A stretch of 64,000 bases of DNA from Candidatus Bathyarchaeum sp. (lineage in GTDB: Archaea > Thermoproteota > Bathyarchaeia > Bathyarchaeales > Bathyarchaeaceae), in assembly GCA_020344315.1 (NCBI GenBank), contig CP070820.1, forward strand, positions 237,763 through 301,762, given 5' to 3'. The position numbers were made by a program, and so were the translations under genes. The notes beneath the pieces are model-generated. The model had not been told where the DNA came from. It made no database searches and saw nothing but the letters and a program-made list of their open reading frames with translations. Positions 19,337 to 28,559 of this stretch are shown one piece after another. Numbering within the stretch: the stretch's first letter is position 1; each line of letters opens with the position of its first letter.

Positions 19337-20287
19337 ATGGAAAATGAAGAGAGATTCCGGTTTAAGACTACCATTGGATTAGCTCTAATTATAATATTAG
19401 TATTGGCAGCGGTTTTCGCAGCAGTCTTCTTCTTAACCATGTGGGTCAACGTTCCAGTAGGCAATGCAGTCGTATTGGTCGACCCATTAGGAGGCAAAAT
19501 CAGCGAACCGATTCTGGGTCCGACCTGGGTAACCAAGGCTCCTTGGGTACGACCCGTCCAGATCACTGTTGCGGTGGATACTTTGGGAATGTGGGGTGAC
19601 GGAACTGACCGCACAGCAGACTTTCCAACAGTGAAGAGTTTTTCAAGGGACCAGCTGGAGATGGAAATTGACATCATGATACGGTGGAGGCTTGACTCTG
19701 GGAAGGTTAAGCAACTATATGAGAATCTGCCCCAAAAGAACTGGAAAAACGATGTTATAGCATCTATCGCAAGAGAACAGATCAGAATAGTCACGAAGGA
19801 CTTTAATACAATTGAAACAATCGAGCAAAGAGATTTTGTGGCTCAAACCATGCGAGATGCCATCTGGAACAAACTTAGCACATCAACCCCTCTCGCCGGA
19901 GCTGTAATAGACTTTGAATTCGAACTCAGAAACATAGGATACCCAGTAAGGTACACGTCAGCCATCGAGGACAAATCGATTGCAGAACAGCAGAAAATTG
20001 AAGCAGAATTCCAGAGACAAATAGTAGTCATTAACGCCACCGCGAATGCTGAGAAAATCACGATTGAAGCAACAGCGAGAGCAAATGCCACAGTTATCGA
20101 AGCCAATGCAACTAGGGAGGCTATAGAGCTTGTTCTTGAGGCTGCAGGAGTAGATTCAAGTAACGAGACTAGGGTTGCAGAACTTTACCTTGTAGTGCAG
20201 ACTCTCCGGCAGATAGCTCCAGACATTGACATGCTGATAATGGCTCCTGACGGAACTCCTATACTGTTGCCATCACCAACATCCTAA
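19337..20287 (+). CDS. SPFH/prohibitin family protein
   Basis: N-terminal TM, band-7 domain, AIEDK.IAEQ coiled coil and A..EA repeats. Confidence 0.85.
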   Translation: MENEERFRFKTTIGLALIIILVLAAVFAAVFFLTMWVNVPVGNAVVLVDPLGGKISEPILGPTWVTKAPWVRPVQITVAVDTLGMWGDGTDRTADFPTVKSFSRDQLEMEIDIMIRWRLDSGKVKQLYENLPQKNWKNDVIASIAREQIRIVTKDFNTIETIEQRDFVAQTMRDAIWNKLSTSTPLAGAVIDFEFELRNIGYPVRYTSAIEDKSIAEQQKIEAEFQRQIVVINATANAEKITIEATARANATVIEANATREAIELVLEAAGVDSSNETRVAELYLVVQTLRQIAPDIDMLIMAPDGTPILLPSPTS

Positions 20288-20401
20288 AAATAAACCACAA
20301 ACCACCCCCCTCTATTTTTCTCACACCAAGACTTTTTTGCGATTGGAAAACTAGAAAGAGAGAACAAAAGCATCCACTGCTATACTCGAACTGGTTAAGG
20401 A

Positions 20402-20932
20402 TCATGTTTTATTTGTTTGTTCACTGGTGAATAGCCCAGGACGTTTGATGTAAGGAATTAGAATCGCAACCAAAGCCGAAGCAATAAGCGCTTCAACTGT
20501 AAGCTTCACAAGGATGGTTGTAACTGTTGTCAGAGCCACTGGAGGAGGCATTGGTCTGGAAAGAACGAACCAGATGTAATCGGTAACAAAAACGTAAGGA
20601 GCTTGGATGCCCCATGCTAGAATGCCAGCGAAAAGGGGCCTAAGCTTTAGTTTCTTAGCGAAAAATCCTGCGGCTGCTCCTAGGATGGCTAATCCGCCGA
20701 TGATAAAGGGGATTTCAACTGAAAAACTCATGTATAATCCGCCTATAGCTCCTGTCAGCAGGCCTGCCCATGGTCCTGCGATGATGCCGCTTATGAGTAT
20801 GGGTATTTGGGTGAAGTGGATGCTTGAGCTGAAGGATCCGATGGCGATTGGGACGGCAAAGGGTGTAATTGATAGAATGTTTGATAGGGCTGCCATCACA
20901 GCTACAAAAGTTAGGGTTTTTGTCCTGTTCAC
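20402..20932 (-). CDS. ECF transporter S component
   Basis: A.MAAL motif and P.LISG.IAGP..G.L.GA.G; about 6 TM helices. Confidence 0.85.
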   Translation of the reverse strand: MNRTKTLTFVAVMAALSNILSITPFAVPIAIGSFSSSIHFTQIPILISGIIAGPWAGLLTGAIGGLYMSFSVEIPFIIGGLAILGAAAGFFAKKLKLRPLFAGILAWGIQAPYVFVTDYIWFVLSRPMPPPVALTTVTTILVKLTVEALIASALVAILIPYIKRPGLFTSEQTNKT

Positions 20933-20948
20933 TTAGAGCAGCACTCCA

Positions 20949-20976
20949 GTAACACTTTTTTCTTAAATAGTAATAC
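20949..20976. promoter_or_regulatory. Putative NikR-type operator GTAACA-N16-TAATAC
   Basis: 28 bp pseudo-palindrome between a TATA-like sequence and the ECF gene start; twin site at 21999-22026. Confidence 0.6.
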
Positions 20977-21007
20977 TAATATTTAACATTTACCACACGT
21001 TCAAATG

Positions 21008-21463
21008 CTATGATTCTTTGCTTTTGCCCATAATTTGGTTCGCGCAAGACTTCAACTTAACATAGGCTTCCTCTGAGTTTCCAGAAGTCATAGCGAGTTT
21101 TTCAAAGGGACACACATCCTTTTTGTTGCGGTTCAGGATGTTTGGAGCTGTCTTTTCGAACCGATATGCAATATTGTTGTCTCTAAGCACCTTGATTCCT
21201 TCCTCGCTGATAGTAAGTGCAAACACGGAAGTCACTCCAGCATAGACACAGAGCATAGCTGCTGCCACCCCAACAATCTTATCAGCTGCTGAGGCCGCGA
21301 TCAAATTCTTATCCAGTCTCTCGATGGCTTCTAGAAAACCCTTTATTCCCTGTTTTTGTGTTTTAAAGAGGACCTTTCTCTTCTTCACGATCACGAGGCT
21401 AAGGTCTTCCTCTATAAGCTTCAGCCTGGCAAGTTCTAAGTCTTGGTCCTGCACTTTCATCAC
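21008..21463 (-). CDS. DUF1893 (TM1506-like) protein
   Basis: ADKIVG.AAA, IS..G and ILNR...D.CPFE motifs. Confidence 0.85.
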   Translation of the reverse strand: MMKVQDQDLELARLKLIEEDLSLVIVKKRKVLFKTQKQGIKGFLEAIERLDKNLIAASAADKIVGVAAAMLCVYAGVTSVFALTISEEGIKVLRDNNIAYRFEKTAPNILNRNKKDVCPFEKLAMTSGNSEEAYVKLKSCANQIMGKSKES

Positions 21464-21494
21464 TGAAATAACCGTGAAGACCTTAGAAAAACGT

Positions 21495-21953
21495 TTACCC
21501 TCTACTTATGGTGAAGAGCTCCTCTTCAGGTGTGGAGGCAACGATTCGAGCCAGTTCCCTAATCTCTTCACTGGGAACATTTCCGGAAGGTAGCTCTCTC
21601 TTCAGCGTGTCGAAGAGGGCAGAGTTGACTGCCACAGTTACTTGTTTTCCGCCTTCAATTTCGAACTTCGCTTCGATTCCAGAATAGTTCCGTATCCTCA
21701 GTTTCTTGTTTCCCATGGTGCATTTGGTTGCTATCTGTAGACCATCCACGACACAAGAGAAGGGGATTGAATATTTCAGCTTCGCTGTTACCCGCAGTTT
21801 CTTTTCTCTTCTTTTGGCATTCAGCTCTCGGAGGCCTATGAGTCCCATTCTAAGGCCCAGCACAAGAAAGGGACCTAGATGTCCATGGAACTCTACGGCT
21901 CTCTTTAGCAAGACATCCATTTCTTCCGCTTTAACTGGACTCGATGTTGACAT
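21495..21953 (-). CDS. FmdE-family protein
   Basis: FHGHLGPFLVLG.RMG and SC.VDGLQ..T.CT.G motifs. Confidence 0.88.
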   Translation of the reverse strand: MSTSSPVKAEEMDVLLKRAVEFHGHLGPFLVLGLRMGLIGLRELNAKRREKKLRVTAKLKYSIPFSCVVDGLQIATKCTMGNKKLRIRNYSGIEAKFEIEGGKQVTVAVNSALFDTLKRELPSGNVPSEEIRELARIVASTPEEELFTISRG

Positions 21954-21998
21954 TTGACATCACTGACCTCATTAACCTTGGAATTTTTGGGTAGCAAA

Positions 21999-22026
21999 GT
22001 AACACTCTTTTAAGGTGTAGTATTAC
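21999..22026. promoter_or_regulatory. Putative NikR-type operator GTAACA-N16-TATTAC
   Basis: Same half-sites and spacing as 20949-20976; lies upstream of the FmdE-family gene. Confidence 0.6.
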
Positions 22027-22103
22027 TGGCTTCGATAAAAATCTTACTTCTCTTCCCCATGCTTGTCCAACAGAAATGCGCACATTTTTGTAGTAGGTTG
22101 CTG

Positions 22104-22325
22104 CTATTTGATCTGCTTAATAAAAACCATATTTCTCTTGGGTCTAGATTTGAGACGCGCTGTTGAACCAAATTTTGAGGGACCACGGTTCCCATGGCTA
22201 TGACTCGCCGGACATCGAATTCCCACTTGTTTTTTATCCTTCGAAACCCAAACAACAATTCCATCTTTGTTACATCGTGGACATTTCATTTGGTCACGTT
22301 TTTCTATTATCTCCTTTTCCTCCAC
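22104..22325 (-). CDS. Small basic Zn-ribbon-like protein
   Basis: CPRC...CPASH; 73 aa. Confidence 0.6.
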   Translation of the reverse strand: MEEKEIIEKRDQMKCPRCNKDGIVVWVSKDKKQVGIRCPASHSHGNRGPSKFGSTARLKSRPKRNMVFIKQIK

Positions 22326-22393
22326 ATTTTTTTTCTAGACCACGCGTGCGGACCGCGTAGAAATTTTGGGAATATACACTATTTTATCACCAA

Positions 22394-22957
22394 TTAATTG
22401 GTACTTTTTTCAATCGCCAAAAGCTTCATTAAATCCTTCTCTAAGAACCTTGTCCAACCACGTCTAAAATGAAAATCAGCATTGTCACTTGTTAGCCTAA
22501 TGTCGCAAGAGTAATGCCCATCGGCATGTCCCTTGCAATCAGAATCCTTTAAAGCAATCTGACCGCATTTCGCCTTACATAATTTCTGTGTATATTCGTT
22601 TATTATCGAGAAAAGCTTAATCGCCTCAAAATGAGGTTTAACTATTTCTGAAATCATCTCAATCCTGTCCTTTTTCATCTCATTTTTTGCTGCTTCAGTA
22701 AACCGCTTTCCAACAAGAACGCCTTTATCATAATTCCCTTTCTCCAATAAATCACTCATCTCCCTCACGGAATCCACTCCAATATATCCTGTTTTTGATA
22801 GTGTTTCAATTATTACACGTACCAATATCTTATCATCTGACTTTTGAGGCGAAACCGTAAAATCCACCAGTCTTTCCTTCTTTCGAACATCTACTGTCTC
22901 ATAGCCTCTAACGGCTAAAACAACCTCAGCCTTATCAACAAAGCTTTCTACATTCAC
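22394..22957 (-). CDS. Mrr-like (PD-(D/E)xK fold) domain protein with Cys-rich C-terminus
   Basis: IGVDSVREM...GVLVG.RFT.AA...IEMI pattern typical of Mrr_cat; CKAKC..C..C tail. Confidence 0.65.
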   Translation of the reverse strand: MNVESFVDKAEVVLAVRGYETVDVRKKERLVDFTVSPQKSDDKILVRVIIETLSKTGYIGVDSVREMSDLLEKGNYDKGVLVGKRFTEAAKNEMKKDRIEMISEIVKPHFEAIKLFSIINEYTQKLCKAKCGQIALKDSDCKGHADGHYSCDIRLTSDNADFHFRRGWTRFLEKDLMKLLAIEKSTN

Positions 22958-23269
22958 AACTCATCTTCTCCAGCAACAAAGAATTACAGAAACAGATAGC
23001 TGAACAATAAATCACTGTTGCTGGCAATATACTCTCACGGAACCTTATATAACCACCTGTACCAACGCGCATTTCATCCTGACCTTGATTAAGATTTTCC
23101 GTCCTTTTTTATGCCTTTTTTGAACATGCTGAGCGCCCACGCTCTTGTTCCCCTATCCTTTATAAGGGTGCAAACAGCAGTATGGCTGAAGAGCTTTCTC
23201 TTATCGCACGGGCTCGTCCTATCGAATAACTGGAATCTTTTCTATTCAAGTATACAGAGGTGAGTTTAC

Positions 23270-23515
23270 ATGTCCCAAAAAAGGATATTTGAAGTTAAAT
23301 GTACTGATTGCGGCAAATCTGCCACTGTGCCTTTTAGACCCACAAAAGGCAAGCCAGTTTACTGTAAAACATGTTTCTCAAAGCACGGGCAAAAACAGCG
23401 GAAAGGGTCGTGCGTAAAACGTAACTTTGATATGAAAAATGCATGGGCAATACGAGGAGATAACTGGCAAGGAACAAGAAACGAAGAGCACCGCAGCGTT
23501 TTTCAAAAGTTCTAG
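23270..23515 (+). CDS. CxxC-x17-CxxC domain protein
   Basis: CTDCG..ATVPFRP..GKPVYCKTCF; GAGGTGA RBS. Confidence 0.88.
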   Translation: MSQKRIFEVKCTDCGKSATVPFRPTKGKPVYCKTCFSKHGQKQRKGSCVKRNFDMKNAWAIRGDNWQGTRNEEHRSVFQKF

Positions 23516-23769
23516 TCATGCTCCTGCATTTGCCTACGTTTTTTACGTTAATGTATTATCGAGGCGGTACGGGGATTCTTCCACCGATAAGGGAAAGGAG
23601 ATTCGGAGAGAAGATAGAGATAATTGTTCTATCTTCTAATTTTTCCTTTTTTTGCAATTCGCGCAAGCAGAACTAACTGTTCCGTGATTTCTATTCCTTC
23701 CTGTTTCTATATGCTTAAAATTGCCAATTTCAGGGTTTGACATTGCTCTTATGTTTTAATGTGAGATGG

Positions 23770-24237
23770 TTATAAACTGCCTATTATGATGATGTCAACG
23801 TTAAGGTTTGTAAAATCAGTTTTGTCAGATACCGACAGCGTTAATGTAACTTGAATTATCTCGGCAGAATTAAGAGACTGCCCACCATAATCCCAGTCTA
23901 TGGTTATGTCTTTGAAGGCAGTTCTCGGTTTCCAGTTTGACGTTTTCAGGGATAAAAACAAAACCGTGTTCCCTTCGTTTTTAATGTAACAAATTATGTT
24001 TTTGCTCGACCCTGGTTCAAGCATTCCCCAGCTAATAGATGACATTGGGTTGGTGCACTGATTATCGCTGTAGATGCCAATTATAACTCTATCCGTTGCT
24101 CCCTTACCTTGTCCTTTCCCCTCTTTTTCTTTTCCGTTTGGATTGTTAGAAGCTAATACCGAGAGGGTACAAACTTGAATGATGAGCACGAGCAAGGTAA
24201 TTATGATGATGGCTTTTGTTCTGTTATGCATTCCCAA
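23770..24237 (-). CDS. Secreted hypothetical protein
   Basis: Signal peptide, then a beta-rich domain (SISWG.L.PG, YIKNEGN). Confidence 0.75.
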   Translation of the reverse strand: MGMHNRTKAIIIITLLVLIIQVCTLSVLASNNPNGKEKEGKGQGKGATDRVIIGIYSDNQCTNPMSSISWGMLEPGSSKNIICYIKNEGNTVLFLSLKTSNWKPRTAFKDITIDWDYGGQSLNSAEIIQVTLTLSVSDKTDFTNLNVDIIIIGSL

Positions 24238-24314
24238 TCCATATTTGTAGTATGTATTAAGACTTAAATAATCTTTCCATGATTACGAACAACAGACATA
24301 CACATCCTCTATTA

Positions 24315-24384
24315 CCACAAAAAGGCAAGCCAGTTTACTGCAAACTCTGTTTCTCTAAGCACGGCAAAAACATCGAAAAGGGTT
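24315..24384 (+). pseudogene. Duplicated fragment of the CxxC-x17-CxxC gene
   Basis: Near-identical to 23339-23408 (AAAAGGCAAGCCAGTTTACTG); encodes KGKPVYCKLCFSKHG and lacks the first CxxC. Confidence 0.75.
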
Positions 24385-24526
24385 TAAGGTGTTCTTCCTA
24401 CAACATAGGAGAGGGGCTCCAGAGAGAGCCAATAATCCTCTTTCTTCTTATCTGCTAAAAAAGACGCATAAATCATAAATAGTCTCTTTATTCTTTTGGA
24501 TAACATCCAACTGGAGATAGGTCCCC

Positions 24527-25093
24527 TTGGGCTTCTTCAAAATGTTCAGGAAACCAAAAACTAAAGTTGCATTCAAAATTCCAAAACCTACAATCGCTTT
24601 GGGAGCAAATATAGACGGTACAATCACTGTCTCTTCCAAGGAAGAATTTGACGCGACAGAAGTAAGAGCAGAACTCCGTTGTATCGAAAAACGTAGACGA
24701 GAAAGATGGGTATACAACGAACGCCTTAGACGCAACATCAGACACGAATACTGGGATTCAGCTACTTTACATACAGAAGATTTGAGGGCAAGCGGCCCAA
24801 TACACATTGTACCGGGATTCAAGAAGACTTTTTCCATCAAAGTTAATATTCCCGCTGGTGGACGTGAGACCCTAGATGGCATGGATGCAAACGTCACATG
24901 GTTCATCAAGGGAGTGGTAGGCGTAGAAGGTCGTCCTGATCCTACTAGCGAAACAATAGAGCTTCAGGTGGTCAGGTCTGCAACACTTCCAGCTAGGGAA
25001 GAGGTAGAGATGGTGCCCTGCGAGTATTGCAAAGCTCTGATGCCTTCAAATTCAAGCGCATGTCCCATCTGCGGGGCACCAAGAAAGAACTGA
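24527..25093 (+). CDS. Arrestin/SpoOM-like beta-sandwich protein with C-terminal Zn ribbon
   Basis: G.I.V......VRAELRC.E and W.IKG.V...GRPD patterns; CEYC...CPIC. Confidence 0.7.
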   Translation: MGFFKMFRKPKTKVAFKIPKPTIALGANIDGTITVSSKEEFDATEVRAELRCIEKRRRERWVYNERLRRNIRHEYWDSATLHTEDLRASGPIHIVPGFKKTFSIKVNIPAGGRETLDGMDANVTWFIKGVVGVEGRPDPTSETIELQVVRSATLPAREEVEMVPCEYCKALMPSNSSACPICGAPRKN

Positions 25094-25200
25094 ATCTCCA
25101 CTCTTTTTCTATTAAGCAAAATAGAAATACAGAAACAAATTGTAGGAGATTAACAAACAGTTGAAAATTAAATGTAGCCAAAAGAATTGTAAAAACAATC

Positions 25201-25350
25201 TGGACAGCTATTGCAGGTCACGAACTAAAGCATGGCTCGGAATATGTAGATATAAAAAACGGTTGACCTAGAAGAGTTCCGTTTATAATTTGGGATGATT
25301 TTGGCGCACACTCGAATAAGGCGAAAACGCAGCATGAAAGAGGCTGGTGT
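25201..25350 (+). pseudogene. Possible remnant of a P-loop ATPase gene
   Basis: Frame reads ...KNG*PRRVPFIIWDDFGAHSNKA..., a Walker B-like hhhhDD with an internal TGA. Confidence 0.3.
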
Positions 25351-25492
25351 CCTACATATCACACTAAAATCAGAGATAAGATAGGGGAAGGCTCAAAGGA
25401 GGCTCTCATTAGATTGAAGGCGAGGGTTTTTATCAGTAGTTCAAGGATATTTTTAAATTGAAGCAAAATCAAGGAATTTGTGGTGAGTATAT

Positions 25493-25786
25493 TTGGGATG
25501 GGGGAAGTGGTGGTCACTCACCAAAAGAATCGTATCTATTGATCCTGATAAACTGGGCGTTTATGAACTAGAAGACTCCCTACATAACACAGTTTATTAT
25601 GGGAGCGGCAAAATTAAAACTCGATTAATGGATCATGTCAATAAACAAGATTGTCCTATTGCAAAAAATTATCGTTTTGAGTTATTTAATACCGAAGCGG
25701 AATGTAGGGCAAGAGAGAAAGCACTCTTGGAAGAGTATCAGAAAAAACGTGATAAACTTCCGATGTATAATGAAAAGATTCTTTAA
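25493..25786 (+). CDS. Minimal GIY-YIG-like domain protein
   Basis: GVYEL...VYYG.G.IKTRL.DH...RE..LL...LP.YN pattern. Confidence 0.7.
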   Translation: MGWGKWWSLTKRIVSIDPDKLGVYELEDSLHNTVYYGSGKIKTRLMDHVNKQDCPIAKNYRFELFNTEAECRAREKALLEEYQKKRDKLPMYNEKIL

Positions 25787-25880
25787 GAGAGACGGAAATA
25801 GTTAGTGCGCGATTGAAGATTATATATATTTTTTGAATAATAGCTAATTAGCTGTTATCTTCAGAGGGAGGAACATTTGT

Positions 25881-26681
25881 TTGCCTAATAATTCGGGTTT
25901 TCAAAAGATGAGAAAAAGGGTTGGTAAAGAGAACGGCGTTGCCATTTGGGGACCTGTGGACCCACCTAAGAAACTTGGTATTCGTGGAAGTAACGTTGCG
26001 GTTGACCGGGATGTATGCACGGGATGTGGAATATGCCTCAAAGTCTGTCCGGTGCAATTATATGACTGGAAGGAAACTACTGGCCATCCCACCTCTGAGA
26101 AAAAGGCTTTTCCCGCCAGAGAATCAGAATGCGCATGTTGCTATCAATGGTAAGTTCAGTGTCCAGTTCAAGCGATTAGAGTGATTTTTTACCCGCCCAA
26201 AACATTTAACGTGGCGGTTCCTTTAATGTTCGCACAAATCATAGGTAGCGTCATTTATGGAATCGTATTTGGACCTTGGTTAAGTCTAATAATTCTGTTT
26301 TATGTTGGATGGATACTCTCAGCTTTTAGTCTACCATTCTTCTTTTCTCCATTTCTATACTTTCCAAAAATGCAACAAGAAGGAAAAAGCGTGATGGATA
26401 CTTCAGTTATCGTTGAACGCGGAACCTATGCAATTGTTAGACACCCACAAATTCTAGGATGTATACTGTTGATGTCTGCTGCAATTTTAATCTCCCAACA
26501 TTGGGTGAGCGCAATTATTGCCGTTCCAATATTCGTTTTGTTTTATCAATATGTGCTAAAGGAGGAAAGAAACCTCATCGTAAAATTTGGCGATGATTAC
26601 AGACACTATATGCAAAGAGTGCCAAGCATGAATCCTTTGTTGGGAGTCATAGATCTAGTAAGACGTAAAATTGGAGATTAA
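25881..26681 (+). pseudogene. Dicluster ferredoxin fused in frame to an ICMT/PEMT-family methyltransferase domain, interrupted by one TAA (26151-26153)
   Basis: CTGCGICLKVCP...CACCYQW*VQCPVQAIRV continues in frame into ORF 26181-26681 (YAIVRHPQ, EE..L..KFG..Y..Y...VP). Confidence 0.75.
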
Positions 26682-26701
26682 AAAAGAGAGGGGCTATCCG
26701 A

Positions 26702-26911
26702 TTACTCAGACCTTTTGAGATAAATTGGTTCGTCTAACGCACATTGTTTACCACAGGATTGCAGAAGTCTGTAATAGGCCCTTTTTGCTCTTATTCGTCT
26801 CTTGCCTTTGAAGTAAAGAATCTCCTTTTCCATTAGTTCTATTTCAATTTTTATTGCTTCTTTCCTTTCTGAGAGGATGGTCCACTCCGGAACTAAATTA
26901 CTGAAAATCAA
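26702..26911 (-). CDS. Small basic CxxxC protein, copy 2 of 3 (true start uncertain, near 26879)
   Basis: Paralog of 5278-5466 and 44706-44882; flanks also conserved. Confidence 0.75.
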   Translation of the reverse strand: MIFSNLVPEWTILSERKEAIKIEIELMEKEILYFKGKRRIRAKRAYYRLLQSCGKQCALDEPIYLKRSE

Positions 26912-27101
26912 ATATTAATTTTTTATTGGTAAAATTATTCCTAAATGAATAACTACTTCTACGAAAAACCTGAAAGTTGTTCCATAATAAGAATACCTTG
27001 ATGCCACAACGTTTTGGTTTGGGCGGTGTCCCAGCAGGGGAGGATATCGAGAGAGATAAAGGTTTTATGACTAGTTTGCTAACGATCTACGGGAGACAAA
27101 T

Positions 27102-27509
27102 ATGACGAAGATTGTTCGTGTTGGCGTCACTTTTCCTCCAGAGCTGCTGAGGGAGCTGGATGTAACAATCGAAGAATTGGGTTACAATAGTAGATCCAAG
27201 GCTATACAAGATGCGGTTACAGCCTTCATTACAGAGCAACGGTTACTTAAGAAACAGAAGGGAAAAAAGGCGGGCGTTCTAGTGATGGTTTATAACCATC
27301 AAGTTAGGGGCTTAGAGGATGATCTCATTCAAGCCCAGCATAACCATCGCCAAGTTATCTGTTCTGTTCTCCACGTTCATCTTAGCGATAGAGAATGTCT
27401 TGAGGCTGTTGCGGTTAAGGGCAACGCCGAAGAGATAAGAAAACTTGCTCAAGAGCTGGCAACAAAGAAGGGAGTAAAACAGGTCAGGTCAACCATAATT
27501 ACCCCATAA
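27102..27509 (+). CDS. nikR: Nickel-responsive regulator NikR
   Basis: RHH N-terminus (RVGVTF...RSKAI.DA); Ni-site residues QH, HVHL and CLE. Confidence 0.92.
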   Translation: MTKIVRVGVTFPPELLRELDVTIEELGYNSRSKAIQDAVTAFITEQRLLKKQKGKKAGVLVMVYNHQVRGLEDDLIQAQHNHRQVICSVLHVHLSDRECLEAVAVKGNAEEIRKLAQELATKKGVKQVRSTIITP

Positions 27510-27584
27510 TTTTTCATGCCGTCCATTAGGATAAAAGAACTTAAGGCGCTAATAACATCTACTTGTTTAGAAAGTGAGTGAAGG

Positions 27585-28292
27585 TTGGAGATAAAAGGAT
27601 TCGTTGATGTCAGTTTCGTGGATTGGGACGGTAAACTTTCTTCCGTCATTTTCCTCCCAACCTGCAACTTTCGCTGTCCCTTCTGTCACAATGTAAATCT
27701 TGTTCTTTACCCTGAAAAGTTGGATACGATTTCCTTCGAAGACGTGGAAGATCAGCTCAAAAAGCAGATAGGCTGGACTGACGGAGTGTGCATCACGGGT
27801 GGGGAGCCAACCCTCCACAGTGATTTGCCAGAGCTATGCTCCAGATTAAAGAAGATCGGTTTCTTGGTCAAAGTGGACACGAACGGGACCAACCCTACTA
27901 TGCTGAAAGAACTTATGGACCGAGGGCTCGTGGACTACGTAGCCATGGACATAAAGGCACCATTGACTGAGGAAAAATACTCCAAGGCAACTGGCATCAA
28001 AGCAGAAAAATTGCTGGAAAAGGTGAAGGAAAGCATTAAACTCTTGTTAGGGTCCAACATGGATTATGAGTTCAGAACCACGGTGGTTCCTACGCTTCAT
28101 GACGAAGATGACATAAAACAGATATGTCGTAGCTTAAGGGGATGCAAAAAATACGTTTTACAGAGGTTTGAAGTCAGCCTTGGAAAGACAACCATAGACC
28201 CAGACTTCATGGCGAAATCCCTAACCGAAGAAGAAATGCAAAAATTTCTAACCATAGCAGAAAAGTTTCTTCCTATTGCAAAATTGAGGTAA
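27585..28292 (+). CDS. nrdG: Anaerobic ribonucleotide reductase activating radical SAM protein
   Basis: CNFRCPFCHN, ITGGEPT, DTNG, AMDIKAP and EFRTT motifs. Confidence 0.88.
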   Translation: MEIKGFVDVSFVDWDGKLSSVIFLPTCNFRCPFCHNVNLVLYPEKLDTISFEDVEDQLKKQIGWTDGVCITGGEPTLHSDLPELCSRLKKIGFLVKVDTNGTNPTMLKELMDRGLVDYVAMDIKAPLTEEKYSKATGIKAEKLLEKVKESIKLLLGSNMDYEFRTTVVPTLHDEDDIKQICRSLRGCKKYVLQRFEVSLGKTTIDPDFMAKSLTEEEMQKFLTIAEKFLPIAKLR

Positions 28293-28481
28293 ATCCTGCT
28301 GATAAGTGGAAGATTAAAGAAAATCTATCAATCCCATGAATTCATGCGCTAAGGCAACTTTTTTGGAATCTAGAATAGGAAAGCAAAATTTTGGAAGCAG
28401 CTTGAGTATTGTCAGATCCATCACCAGAAACGAAGTGGCTATATACAGGAAACGTAAATGAAGAAAGACGTGTTGCTTAAG

Positions 28482-28559
28482 GCTCCGGTAGTATAGTCCG
28501 GCTAAGTATGACGGCCTCTCGAGCCGCCGACCCGGGTTCGAATCCCGGCCGGAGCACCA
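28482..28559 (+). tRNA. tRNA-Glu (anticodon CTC), CCA encoded, no intron
   Basis: Acceptor stem GCTCCGG/CCGGAGC, anticodon arm CGGC-CT-CTC-GA-GCCG, T-loop GGTTCGAATCC, 3' ACCA. Confidence 0.96.

Noticed and set aside
24405-25410. GGCTC...GAG(C/G)C hairpin-like motifs at about 24415 and 25390
   Set aside because: The similarity is too short to distinguish from chance.
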